Shown: piece after piece, positions 55,266-64,000 of the stretch
Layout of the letters: each line of letters opens with the position of its first letter
How positions within the stretch are numbered: position 1 is the stretch's first letter
Assembly (NCBI GenBank): GCA_965226215.1
Contig: CBDDCH010000002.1
Coordinates: 1,495,180-1,559,179 of the forward strand
DNA from: Bryobacterales bacterium
GTDB taxonomy: Bacteria; Acidobacteriota; Terriglobia; Bryobacterales; UBA6623
DNA length: 64,000 nt
Direction of reading: 5' to 3'
Notes under the pieces: model-generated
What the model was told of the DNA's origin: nothing
The model's database searches: none
What the model saw: the letters and a program-made list of their open reading frames with translations, nothing else
Made by a program: the position numbers and the translations under genes

Positions 55266-56423
55266 TTGACTCAAGCGAGGCAGGTGGTAACGAATCTTGT
55301 AACCCCACGGTGGCTTCTACTCGCCTGTCTGGTCGCGGTGATGGCACCCGAGATCCGCCTGGTCGGACAGCAGTCTACTGCCCTGGACCCGGCGGTTCTG
55401 CAGCACATCAACGCCGGTCTCCAGGCTCGACGCGAAAACCGCCTGGAAGACGAAGCTCGCGAATTCGAAGCCGTCACGCGGCTTGCTCCTAATCTTGCCG
55501 AGGCCCATTTGAATCTCGGGCTGGCTCGGCACAAGCAGGGGAAGCTACAAGAAGCCGTCGAGTCTCTTCAAGCCGCCCTGAGACTGAAACCCAATCTCAA
55601 AGGCGTTTCGAAATACTTGGGTAGTGATAGCTTACGAATCGGTCGCCTTCGCCAGGCTGTCAAGTATCTCGAGGAGGCTCACGAGTCGCAGCCTTCAGAC
55701 GCCATGGTCAGCTCGTGGCTAGGAGCTGCCTATGTCGAGGCAGGCCGGCATCGCGAGGCGATTCCAGTGCTCGAGGCGGCTCTGAAAACCAGGCCGGATG
55801 ACCACGACGCGCTCTTCTATCTCGCCAAGGCCTATCAGGCTGTCGCAGGTTCTCTCTCCGACGATCTTTTCCATCGTGCGCCTCACTCCGCGCGCGCTAG
55901 ACAGTCGGCGGCGGAAAACTACGCTGCCATCGGACGCACGGAAGACGCACTTCGGGAATACCAGCGAGCGCTGGAGCAAGACGCCGGTCTGGCCGGTATT
56001 CGTGCGGCCATGGCGAAGCTGTACATCGAGGGCGGCAAACTCGCCGACGCGGAGGCCGCTTATCGGACGGAGCTGGAAATCCAGCCCGCGAGCAGCGCCG
56101 TCAGCTTCGAATACGGCGAGCTTCTGATCAAGTTGGGGCGACCTGAAACCGCTGTTCCCCATCTGGAAGCTGCGGTGCAATCTGATCCCGGTCTCGTTCC
56201 GGCCTACTACCAGGTCGGCTTGAGCTTGCTTGAAGGGGGCCATCTTGCCGAAGCAGAAAAGGTTTTCCTTCGAACAACTCAGATTGACGTTCCCATTGAA
56301 CTCCAAATCTCCAGTCATGAGAAGCTGATCCAGAGCTACAAGAAACTAGGTTCTAAACAAAAGGCCCGCGAACAGGCGAAAACGCTCAAACAACTCCGGA
56401 AGCAGTTGGCATCACAAGAGTAA
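55266..56423 (+). CDS. Secreted tetratricopeptide repeat protein
   Basis: Signal-like N-terminus and many TPRs (AEAHLNLGLA, DALFYLAKAY, AYYQVGLSLL). Confidence 0.85.
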   Translation: MTQARQVVTNLVTPRWLLLACLVAVMAPEIRLVGQQSTALDPAVLQHINAGLQARRENRLEDEAREFEAVTRLAPNLAEAHLNLGLARHKQGKLQEAVESLQAALRLKPNLKGVSKYLGSDSLRIGRLRQAVKYLEEAHESQPSDAMVSSWLGAAYVEAGRHREAIPVLEAALKTRPDDHDALFYLAKAYQAVAGSLSDDLFHRAPHSARARQSAAENYAAIGRTEDALREYQRALEQDAGLAGIRAAMAKLYIEGGKLADAEAAYRTELEIQPASSAVSFEYGELLIKLGRPETAVPHLEAAVQSDPGLVPAYYQVGLSLLEGGHLAEAEKVFLRTTQIDVPIELQISSHEKLIQSYKKLGSKQKAREQAKTLKQLRKQLASQE

Positions 56424-56504
56424 TAGTCGCTCGCTCGCCAAACCGAGGGGTTCCCGCGGGTTGTCCTTTGGTGACGGCAGTGCAAATGAAGCTCTCCCGC
56501 CGTC

Positions 56505-57392
56505 ATGAGTGATCAACCACAGAACGCAGGAGACGGCCCAACTTGGTTCCACATCCGCAACACCGAAGCGAAAACGATTCTTACGAAAACGTCGGGATTC
56601 ATAGCTGCGGCCGGATTCACCCACTCCCTCACGCCGGCCCGCAATTGCACCTACGGATGCATGTACTGCTACGTCCCTACGCTCCGCGTCTACGGCGGTC
56701 TGAAGAAGGAAGACTGGCAACGTTGGGGCCAATTTACGACCATCAAGTCGAATGCGGCCGAACTCCTCCGCCGTGAAATCCGCCCTGAGCAGGTGATTTA
56801 TTGTTCTCCCCTCGTCGATCCCTATCAGCCGTCCGAAGAAACTGCGCCGATCATGCCCGGTATTCTCGAAGCCTTGATCGCAAAGCCTCCCGCTGTGTTT
56901 GTGATTCAAACCCGAGGTCCTTTGGTTCTGCGGGACTTGAAGCAGCTCCTCGAGTTGAACCGGCGCACGATTCTCCGTGTGAGTTTTTCCCTGACAACCG
57001 ACCTCGAGGGGGTCCGTCGGCTCTATGAACCCCACTGTGAACCTCTGCACGAAAGGCTGGCGGCGATTCGATCACTTCGCCAAGCCGGCATCGCTGTTTA
57101 CGCGACGCTAGCGCCGCTGCTCCCTTGTGACCCGGAAAAGCTGGCTACTCTGGCGCTTGAAGCGACCGACCGCGATATTATCGGCGACCCGCTGCACGTG
57201 CGGTCGATGAAGCCGCACGGGGCGACCACCAAGGAGGCCGCTGCTCGCATCAGCTCGGCACACGGTTACGTGGCGTGGCACGCGCCATCGTTTCAGCACA
57301 CCGTCGTTGAACGGATCCGCGCGGTCGTCCACGCTGCGGGGCGCCGCTTCGCCACTGGGCCGGAGGCCTTTGCCTGGCTATCGGAGCGATAG
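56505..57392 (+). CDS. Radical SAM protein, spore-photoproduct-lyase-like (SPL/Rv2578c-type)
   Basis: LTPARNCTYGCMYCY (CxxxCxxC), DPYQPSE, IQTRGPLVLRDL, VSFSLTT and EP..ERL. Confidence 0.8.
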   Translation: MSDQPQNAGDGPTWFHIRNTEAKTILTKTSGFIAAAGFTHSLTPARNCTYGCMYCYVPTLRVYGGLKKEDWQRWGQFTTIKSNAAELLRREIRPEQVIYCSPLVDPYQPSEETAPIMPGILEALIAKPPAVFVIQTRGPLVLRDLKQLLELNRRTILRVSFSLTTDLEGVRRLYEPHCEPLHERLAAIRSLRQAGIAVYATLAPLLPCDPEKLATLALEATDRDIIGDPLHVRSMKPHGATTKEAAARISSAHGYVAWHAPSFQHTVVERIRAVVHAAGRRFATGPEAFAWLSER

Positions 57393-57681
57393 GAGATTGC
57401 TGTCTATGTTGTTGATTTTATTCGATCGTGACCGCCACTCCTGGCGTCCTGGATGCGAGTACTGGGCCGGCAATCGTGCCGCTCGGCTCAGCGAGATTCA
57501 CATACGCGGCCAAACCCCGCGGAAACCTCTCTGGACAGGCACAGTGGCTTGCCGCTACAGTTTTGTGGTGAGTCAAGCAGGTCCACAATTCATGCGCCTG
57601 CGTACGCAAATCTGAGGCTGAGGTGACTCTTTCACAGCTTCCTGTTAAGAGCCTCGGATCCACTTTCGCTCGAAACCTCCC

Positions 57682-58101
57682 ATGGCCTCATTGCTAAAAC
57701 GTTTTTTCAAGCGAGAACCTCCCGGAAAACCGCTGCGAGGGACTCCCCAAGTCCGCCGCGAGAAGGCGTATTCGGCCGACACCGGTTATGTGTATCAATA
57801 TTTCTACGAAGGCTACCGCGACGCCGAACGCGCGGGAGATCCCGGTCGAGAGTACGTCTTCGAGGTGACTTCGGATCGCGCATCCGGATTCCCGGTGACC
57901 GTTTTTCTGAGTCGGCGTGCCATTGCGGCCTGGCAGCAAGCACACGGGTCCGAACTCTCTCCCACCGAGCAATACGCCGTTGTCAAGATGAGTCTGTTTC
58001 AGACCTTCGACGAGAGAACAAACTTCAGCGGCACCGCGGTCGATGTACTTGTTTCCTCCGACGACATCGAAACCCACACCGTCACGCTCGAACTGGACTA
58101 G
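57682..58101 (+). CDS. Hypothetical protein
   Basis: Coherent 139-aa ORF (LRGTPQVRREKAYSADTGYVYQYFYEG) that fills the gap; I recall similar proteins in Acidobacteria but cannot verify this. Confidence 0.7.
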   Translation: MASLLKRFFKREPPGKPLRGTPQVRREKAYSADTGYVYQYFYEGYRDAERAGDPGREYVFEVTSDRASGFPVTVFLSRRAIAAWQQAHGSELSPTEQYAVVKMSLFQTFDERTNFSGTAVDVLVSSDDIETHTVTLELD

Positions 58102-58107
58102 CTATAG

Positions 58108-58125
58108 CTAGCCCGCTTTTCTCAC
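58108..58125 (+). mobile_element. Isolated left terminal IR of MITE family C
   Basis: CTAGCCCGCTTTTCTCAC, 7 bp after the stop codon. Confidence 0.5.
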
Positions 58126-58296
58126 AAGTTTCGCCCGTTAGTCACAAAGACCCGTTATTCTCGTAGGGGCCGACCACCGTGTCGGCCCATTACCGATCCG
58201 TACACATTATCAGTCCGAGTTTGTGCAAGAGATCGTACATCGACGCTACGGGGCGGCACAGTAGCTCGCCCCTACGCTTCCCTCGAGAAATGCGGA

Positions 58297-59676
58297 CTAG
58301 TTGTTTTTGGCGGTTGCCGCTGCTGGAACCCGGAGCACTCGCAACTCCCCGCCTTCCGGATAGGCGAAGAACTCCGTTCCCAGAAACTGGATCTGAATGT
58401 GGCCCTGCCGGCGCTTCAAGTTCTTGCGGAATACCTCCCGGCGATCGGACACCCTAAAAACGTAGACGGCGTCGGGCGCCACATCGTGTCCGCAATAGGT
58501 GCATGAGACGCTCACCGCGATCAAGCGCCCCTCGGGTTCGACGGCGACGGAATGGATTTTCCGTCCCCGTAAAACCCTGTGACGCCCCGATTCACCGCGC
58601 ATAGTCCAGACGATAGCGTCCGAACCTTCTTCGTCGGACTGGCCCCAGGCAAGCCAACCGTCGGCGACTCGTCGAAACTGACGGTCGAACACCATAGCGC
58701 CGGGCGGAGTGATGGGTCCCCAGCGGAGATGGCCCTCGAGATCCAGGCCCAGAAGGTCGGAGACGCCTCTCTGCAGCACGATCTCCGGCTGATCCACGTC
58801 GAAGCTCAGCAAGCGGTAAGAGGAGCGGGTCTCGTCCAAAGGTTCGAAATCTACCGTGATCTGGTCGTCGGTTCCCAGGGACCGTATGAAAACCCTCGTT
58901 AAGGGTGGGTCCCTTTCGCTGTCGGGAAACTCGAGCCGGCCTATCCACTTTCCATCATCTGAGAGGACCGGCGGGTTGCGGTCAGGCTGCGGTGGCCAGG
59001 CCAGAGGACGCAGCTCGCTTCCGGGACCGGGCCAATACCACCACGACTCGCGCCAGTCCGGCCGACTCTTCGTAACGTAAAGCATGCGGCCGTTCTCGGC
59101 AGCGTAGGCGATGTGCGGGTACTCGCCGATTTCGAAGCTCACTTCGGTGATTTCGCACCCGGGCGTTTCGAGGAGGGCATACTCCTCTCCGCCCCGCCGG
59201 CGAAGCCAAGCCTGTCCCGCTTTCTCGAGCGACATGTCCAGGGGCCGCTCCGCGGGTGAGATTTGGTAACCAGACAAGGTGCAATCCGTTACCCACTCAG
59301 CTTGTTCCCCGGCACTCTCGGCTTCGATGGGAAAAGGGGGAGGAAACCGTCCTCCGTGCGCTAGGTTCAACGTCATGACAAAAACCGGGACGGAGGCCAC
59401 CAAGGACACGATGGGTGGCCAGCCCGGTCGGCGAATGAGCCAGTACAACAGCAGCGCGGCCCCAGCCTGTAGGACCAGCGCAAGGGTTAGGTCCCCGGCG
59501 AGCCAACCGATTCCGAGAGGGTACTTATCGATCTCCCCCAGCAACAGCAGTCCCCACGGACGATGGCTGAAGTGTCTCCCGAATACGGGGAGGAGATAAG
59601 TGGCGAATGACCCCACGAAACCGATCGCGTATGCTGCTGCCTTTCCGCTGATCGCCGGCTTCGGTTTCGTCGTCAT
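58297..59676 (-). CDS. Hypothetical membrane protein: three N-terminal TMs plus a probable beta-propeller
   Basis: Hydrophobic N-terminus; TolB-like strings PVLSDDGKWIG and SVAVEPEGRLIAV. Confidence 0.6.
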   Translation of the reverse strand: MTTKPKPAISGKAAAYAIGFVGSFATYLLPVFGRHFSHRPWGLLLLGEIDKYPLGIGWLAGDLTLALVLQAGAALLLYWLIRRPGWPPIVSLVASVPVFVMTLNLAHGGRFPPPFPIEAESAGEQAEWVTDCTLSGYQISPAERPLDMSLEKAGQAWLRRRGGEEYALLETPGCEITEVSFEIGEYPHIAYAAENGRMLYVTKSRPDWRESWWYWPGPGSELRPLAWPPQPDRNPPVLSDDGKWIGRLEFPDSERDPPLTRVFIRSLGTDDQITVDFEPLDETRSSYRLLSFDVDQPEIVLQRGVSDLLGLDLEGHLRWGPITPPGAMVFDRQFRRVADGWLAWGQSDEEGSDAIVWTMRGESGRHRVLRGRKIHSVAVEPEGRLIAVSVSCTYCGHDVAPDAVYVFRVSDRREVFRKNLKRRQGHIQIQFLGTEFFAYPEGGELRVLRVPAAATAKNN

Positions 59677-59725
59677 GGTAGGAGGTTTTGGGCCAGTCCG
59701 GGTCAGTTTACCGTAACGGCTCGCC

Positions 59726-59908
59726 TAACCCGCATTTCTCACCAGCTGACGGTCGAAGCACACGATAGGCCCGCCATTACGTCGTTGCGCTTGCTCACCG
59801 TGCTCAATGTACTGTTCAAGTACGCCTCCGCGCGCTGAGTGGCGCGCGCCTTGTACTGACGGGCCTCTTACGCACTTCGCCTCACCACCTGGTGAGAAAA
59901 GCGGGCTA
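59726..59908. mobile_element. Complete MITE family C (183 bp), with an extra right end at 60075-60090
   Basis: TAACCCGCATTTCTCAC...GTGAGAAAAGCGGGCTA; GTGAGAATGCGGGCTA recurs at 60075. Confidence 0.8.
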
Positions 59909-60121
59909 AGCAGCCAGCGATGCTCGAATTGCGCCCCGGGGATTCCGAACTGAAACTCAGAGGTTGTAGGGACACGGAAGGTGGCTAAAAAGGGAGGTCT
60001 CCCGGGGCGCGACATGTGACGACTCATATCAAGTAGCGACAAGCGATCTCGCTTGTCCAAAAACGGCGGCCGGGGTGAGAATGCGGGCTAGTAGCAACCT
60101 CCCCGGCGGGGACCTCAGTTC

Positions 60122-61441
60122 CTACAGCCAACCGCAGAAACCGCCATCCAGGCACATGTGTACCTGCAGGTCTTCGGGCTTGTGGGATCTTGACCACTCC
60201 AGGCCGTTGACCGACAGGCCGGTGGCCCAAGCCTCGCTGTCAAGGGTGGATGGGGCGACTACCGAGACCGATTGGGCGCCTTCGAGTGCCAGGCCCGTGC
60301 GCGGGTCGAGCAAGTGGCTGTAGCGCCTGCCGTTGGCCTCGAAAAACTTCTCGTACGACCCTGAAGTCGAAAGAGATTGGTCTTCAAGGTGGACCTCCGC
60401 GGCCCTTGAATCGGCATCGTCCGGATCACGGATTCTCACATACCAGCCGCGCGGCTCGCTTGGCGGAGATCCCATCCCGTAGAAGCTACTGCTGCAGGCG
60501 TTGACAAGAGCTACCTGGACGCCGGCCTCGCGGAGGACTTTAACCATACGATCAACGGCGTAGCCCTTGCCGATTCCGCCGGGGTCCAGCCGGACACCCG
60601 GCCGGCGAAAGTACACCGTCTGTTGCCCCTCATCCACAACCAGGTGACGATAGCCGACGTCGAGGAGCGTTCCGCGGATCGCTTGCCGTCTGGGAACGCG
60701 ACCGGCACCCTCGGCAAATCCCCAAAGGGCCATCAAAGGGCCTACGGTAATGTCGAAGCCCCCGTCCGTTAAGCGGCTGTACTCACGACAGCGGACCAGT
60801 AAGGCCGCCATCTCTGCGGACAGCTTTTTAGGCGCTGAAGGCGATAGGCGATTGAGGCGGCTCAACTCACTGTCCGGCTTGTAATGGCTCAGCCAACGGT
60901 CGATGCGATCCACTTCTTCAAAGGCAGCCTGGACGGCGGAGGCGAGGTGGCGGCGCTGGTCTCCGTAGGCGGTGACCGTATAGGTACACCCCATGGCTGA
61001 CGTGCTGGCTTCGTAGCGCTCTTGGAGTGAGCCGCCGCTGATCCCGCCACTCGCCGCGCATAACAGTGCCACCACGACCAGCGAGGTGGTCGAAGAGCGG
61101 GCGCGCTTTCGAATGCGTTCCAGCAGCGTCTCCACTCGCTCGGCGCTTTTCTGTCCCCGGTCTTCTACGAACTGCAACTCCGGCGTGTGTCGCAGCTCCA
61201 TTCTTTGTGCCAGTCTATAGCGAAAATAGCCGCGCGCCCGGTGAAGCGCACGCAAAATTTCTTTGGCGGGTGGACTATCAGAACGAAGATGAAAGAACAC
61301 CTGGGCGCGTTGTAGATCAGAGGAGACGTTGACTCGAGTCACCGAGACCGGGGCCAGACGGGGGTCGCCGGACTGGACAACGATATCTCTGATCTCGCGG
61401 CCCAACTGTTCCGCGATTTTCGCGACGCGGGTCGTCTTCAT
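60122..61441 (-). CDS. rbfA: In-frame fusion of ribosome-binding factor A and FAD:protein FMN transferase (RbfA-ApbE)
   Basis: Residues 1-115 are RbfA (RVAKIAEQL..DPRL..VTRVNVSSDL.RA.V..LRHTPELQFVED). Linker SLVVVALLCAAS. Then ApbE (MGCTY, LSHYKPDSELSRLN, GGFDITVGPL, LDPGGIGKGYAVD, STSGSYE, HLLDPRTG). There is no stop codon between them. Confidence 0.88.
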   Translation of the reverse strand: MKTTRVAKIAEQLGREIRDIVVQSGDPRLAPVSVTRVNVSSDLQRAQVFFHLRSDSPPAKEILRALHRARGYFRYRLAQRMELRHTPELQFVEDRGQKSAERVETLLERIRKRARSSTTSLVVVALLCAASGGISGGSLQERYEASTSAMGCTYTVTAYGDQRRHLASAVQAAFEEVDRIDRWLSHYKPDSELSRLNRLSPSAPKKLSAEMAALLVRCREYSRLTDGGFDITVGPLMALWGFAEGAGRVPRRQAIRGTLLDVGYRHLVVDEGQQTVYFRRPGVRLDPGGIGKGYAVDRMVKVLREAGVQVALVNACSSSFYGMGSPPSEPRGWYVRIRDPDDADSRAAEVHLEDQSLSTSGSYEKFFEANGRRYSHLLDPRTGLALEGAQSVSVVAPSTLDSEAWATGLSVNGLEWSRSHKPEDLQVHMCLDGGFCGWL

Positions 61442-61641
61442 CGTTCTAAGCCGCCGTCCTCAATTGCCCGTTGCGTGACAGGAGCGAGACGTCGCTCGGC
61501 CTAGGTGGCCCTCCAGCTTCGATCCGACCACACCCTGACACCGGCTCCAATAAACCCCAAGCCGAAGGCCACTCCGGCGACCACGAACAAAACGCTCTAG
61601 GCTTGTCTGAAGGCAAGAAGGAAGTGCCTGCTCGCAGCACT

Positions 61642-61665
61642 CCTGCCAGGATTGCAGGCCGCTAC
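61642..61665 (-). repeat. GTAG-type REP
   Basis: CCTGCCAGGATTGCAGGCCGCTAC, similar to 35796. Confidence 0.55.
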
Positions 61666-61709
61666 AACGGATGAGGCTCGCCGTCACATCTGGCCAATTT
61701 GTCTTCTTC

Positions 61710-62000
61710 TTAGCCTGACAGAAACTCGATCTCGGATGAAGTTAAGTCCGAACCAAGCTGGTGTGCGGCCTCCTGCTCGACACGTTCAAGCACTTCCTGG
61801 GTGTGAGCTTCTGTCTCCGAGATCGTGACAATGCCCACGACCGAGCGCTGCCACTTCTCTTGAAATTCGATTTCAGCCACTGAAACGTTCGACCGATGGC
61901 GAAGGCGGTCTTTGAGGGCTCGGAGAACTTTACGTTTGTCCTTGAGGCAGTGCGCGTGGGGAATATGGAGATGTAGTGTGAGCAGTCCGACGGCCGCCAT
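61710..62000 (-). CDS. DUF503 (YlxP) family protein
   Basis: VGLLTLHLHIP..LKDKRKVL..NVSVAE..WQR; canonical position between infB and rbfA. Confidence 0.92.
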   Translation of the reverse strand: MAAVGLLTLHLHIPHAHCLKDKRKVLRALKDRLRHRSNVSVAEIEFQEKWQRSVVGIVTISETEAHTQEVLERVEQEAAHQLGSDLTSSEIEFLSG

Positions 62001-62009
62001 GGGAACTCA

Positions 62010-64000
62010 TCAGACGAGCACTTTTTGCGCCACCTTCTCGGTGACGAAAGCCTCGACAATGTCACCTTGTTTGACGTCGTTAAATCCCTCCAGGCCAATG
62101 CCGCATTCCTGTCCGGAACGGACTTCTTTGGCATCGTCCTTGAACCGGCGCAACGACGAAACACGGCCCGTGTAAACCACCACGTTGTCGCGCAGCAATC
62201 TTACGTCGCTGTCGCGACTGACGCGCCCATCCTGCACAACACAGCCGGCAACTGTTCCGACCGTGCTAACCCGAAACAGCTCGAGCACCTCGGCACGGCC
62301 CAGGTAGGTTTCCTTGATGACCGGCTCGAGCAGGCCCAGCATCGCCTGCTTGATCTCATCCAGAAGTTCATAAATGACAGTATGGAGCCGGATGTCAATC
62401 TTTTCGCGTTCTGCCAAGGCCGCGGCCGTGCGCTCCGGTCGAACGCTGAAGCCCACAATGACACTGCGTGACGCGGAGGCGAGGAGCACATCCGACTCGG
62501 AGATGGCGCCAACGCCCGCATGCACGATCCGGACGGTGACCTTTTCGGTGGAGAGTTTCCGGACACTGTCGACAAGGACTTCCACCGAGCCTTGCACGTC
62601 GGCTTTCAACAGCAGTGAAAGCTCCTTGACGTCTCCCGCTTTCAGCCGCTCCTGGAACTGGTCAAGAGACAAACGCGCCGTCTTCGCGAGAGCCTGCTCA
62701 CGGACCTTGTTTTCGCGGTACTCGACAACCTTTTTAGCCTTTTCAGTGTCGGTGACTACTTGCAGAGTGTCGCCCACTTCGGGGAGTCCTTCGAGGCCCA
62801 GAACCAATACGGCGGAGGAGGGCGGGGCTTGCTTGATCTTCGCGCCGCGGTCGTTGATCAAGGCGCGCACCTTCCCGAAGACCGCACCAATGAGAAAATA
62901 GTCACCGACGCTGAGTGTCCCGTTCTGAATAAGCACGGTGGCGACTGGTCCCTGGCCGCGATCGAGTTTGGACTCCAGCACTGTGCCTTCAGCGGGGCGC
63001 GCGGGGTTAGCCTTCGGCTCCTTCAGGTCGGTTACCAGCAGGACCATCTCAAGGAGCGTATCGAGGTTCTCTTTCGTCTTGGCCGAGACGGGTACGACCA
63101 CGGTTTCCCCCCCCCACTCTTCGGGGAGCAGACCGCGATCCGCCAACTGCTGCTTGACGCGCTCGGGGTCCGCGTCGGCCTTGTCGATCTTGTTGACGGC
63201 AACCAGAATAGGTACATCAGCCGCTTTGGCGTGGTCAATCGCTTCGATGGTCTGGGGCATAATGCCATCATCAGCGGAGACCACCAAAACGACAAGGTCA
63301 GTCACCCGAGCACCTCTCGCTCGCATACGGGTGAAGGCTTCGTGACCTGGCGTGTCAAGGAAAACAATGTGGCGCCCGTTCTTCTCCACGTGATAGGCGC
63401 CAATAGCCTGTGTGATGCCCCCAGCTTCCCGGTCGGCGACATTGGTGTCGCGGATAGAGTCCAGTAGGGAGGTTTTCCCGTGGTCGACGTGGCCCATCAC
63501 GGTTACCACCGGCGGGCGGGTCTGGAGATCTTCGGGTACCTCCGTCTGTTCCACGAGCTGGGCCGCTTCTTCCTCAAAGCTGACCTCCGTGGCGGTAGCT
63601 CCGAAATATTTACAGAGGTTCTTGATGGTGTCTAGGTCCAGTGTTTGGTTAATGGTGGCAAAGACGCCTCGATCAACCAACCTCTTGATAACGAGGTTAG
63701 CCTTGATGCCGAGCCTTTCGCCAAGTTCTTTGACGGTCGTTCCGTCGCTGACCGTGACCTCGGTATGGAGGGCCTGAGGCGGGGCGGCAGCCACTTTGGC
63801 GGCTGCCTGGCGGCGCAAGATCTTTTCCTCGCGTGCAGCTTCGGGGTCACGAACGCGTCGGGCGCCGATCGGTCTGGGACCGCGGTACTGACCCGGGCCG
63901 CGAGGCGGCCCTCCCGCGGGGACGAAGCCCGGTCGGCCAGTGGGGTGGAACGTCCGGGGACGAATTTGAGGTGCGGCGAAAGACCGAGGCGTGGGCAAAC
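62010..64000 (-). CDS. infB: Translation initiation factor IF-2 (5'-partial; starts beyond the window)
   Basis: RPPVVTVMGHVDHGKTSLLD, GGITQ, DTPGHEAF, NKID, KADVQGS and ECGIG. Confidence 0.99.
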   Translation of the reverse strand, partial: LPTPRSFAAPQIRPRTFHPTGRPGFVPAGGPPRGPGQYRGPRPIGARRVRDPEAAREEKILRRQAAAKVAAAPPQALHTEVTVSDGTTVKELGERLGIKANLVIKRLVDRGVFATINQTLDLDTIKNLCKYFGATATEVSFEEEAAQLVEQTEVPEDLQTRPPVVTVMGHVDHGKTSLLDSIRDTNVADREAGGITQAIGAYHVEKNGRHIVFLDTPGHEAFTRMRARGARVTDLVVLVVSADDGIMPQTIEAIDHAKAADVPILVAVNKIDKADADPERVKQQLADRGLLPEEWGGETVVVPVSAKTKENLDTLLEMVLLVTDLKEPKANPARPAEGTVLESKLDRGQGPVATVLIQNGTLSVGDYFLIGAVFGKVRALINDRGAKIKQAPPSSAVLVLGLEGLPEVGDTLQVVTDTEKAKKVVEYRENKVREQALAKTARLSLDQFQERLKAGDVKELSLLLKADVQGSVEVLVDSVRKLSTEKVTVRIVHAGVGAISESDVLLASASRSVIVGFSVRPERTAAALAEREKIDIRLHTVIYELLDEIKQAMLGLLEPVIKETYLGRAEVLELFRVSTVGTVAGCVVQDGRVSRDSDVRLLRDNVVVYTGRVSSLRRFKDDAKEVRSGQECGIGLEGFNDVKQGDIVEAFVTEKVAQKVLV

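Noticed and set aside
60215-60250. ApbE motif reads DSEAWAT rather than the common ADALAT
   Set aside because: The other FAD- and metal-binding motifs are intact and a Glu substitution is conservative; not evidence of inactivation without an alignment.
1-64000. CRISPR array or cas genes
   Set aside because: No run of equal-length repeats with unique spacers; the repeats are dispersed palindromes and MITEs. No cas-like ORF was recognised.

Overview
This is a GC-rich bacterial chromosome window, most consistent with Acidobacteriota (probably Bryobacterales-like). The evidence is an acidobacterial VWFA-type protein, bshC, many TPR and GT-C genes, and palindromic repeats I recognise as acidobacterial-like; the taxonomy is an inference. 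Most of the window is core genome: ilvD, purC, hemW, bshC, fabD-fabG, ssb, an RND pump, an RluA-family synthase, recA, cobT, fur, infB-DUF503-rbfA, tRNA-Leu(CAG) and tRNA-Thr(CGT). It also holds one DDE insertion sequence and a dense population of MITE/REP-like elements from several families. The first 4.5 kb is a decaying accessory cluster: a GT2 gene with an internal TAA, a FkbM fragment, a frameshifted TPR gene and an HTH fragment. Two observations stand out. (1) RbfA is fused in one open frame, through a basic-then-hydrophobic linker, to a complete ApbE flavin transferase. (2) A candidate signalling system spans about 7.5-14.8 kb. It has a Planctomycete-type ECF sigma factor and a convergent Cache-domain Ser/Thr kinase. 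A bipartite promoter-like motif (CGGTCCGT-N10/11-TTGTCGTCTT) lies upstream of the kinase, a GIDE-like membrane protein and an SPFH protein, and a half-site lies upstream of the sigma gene itself. All family assignments come from motif recognition by eye; no database search was run.
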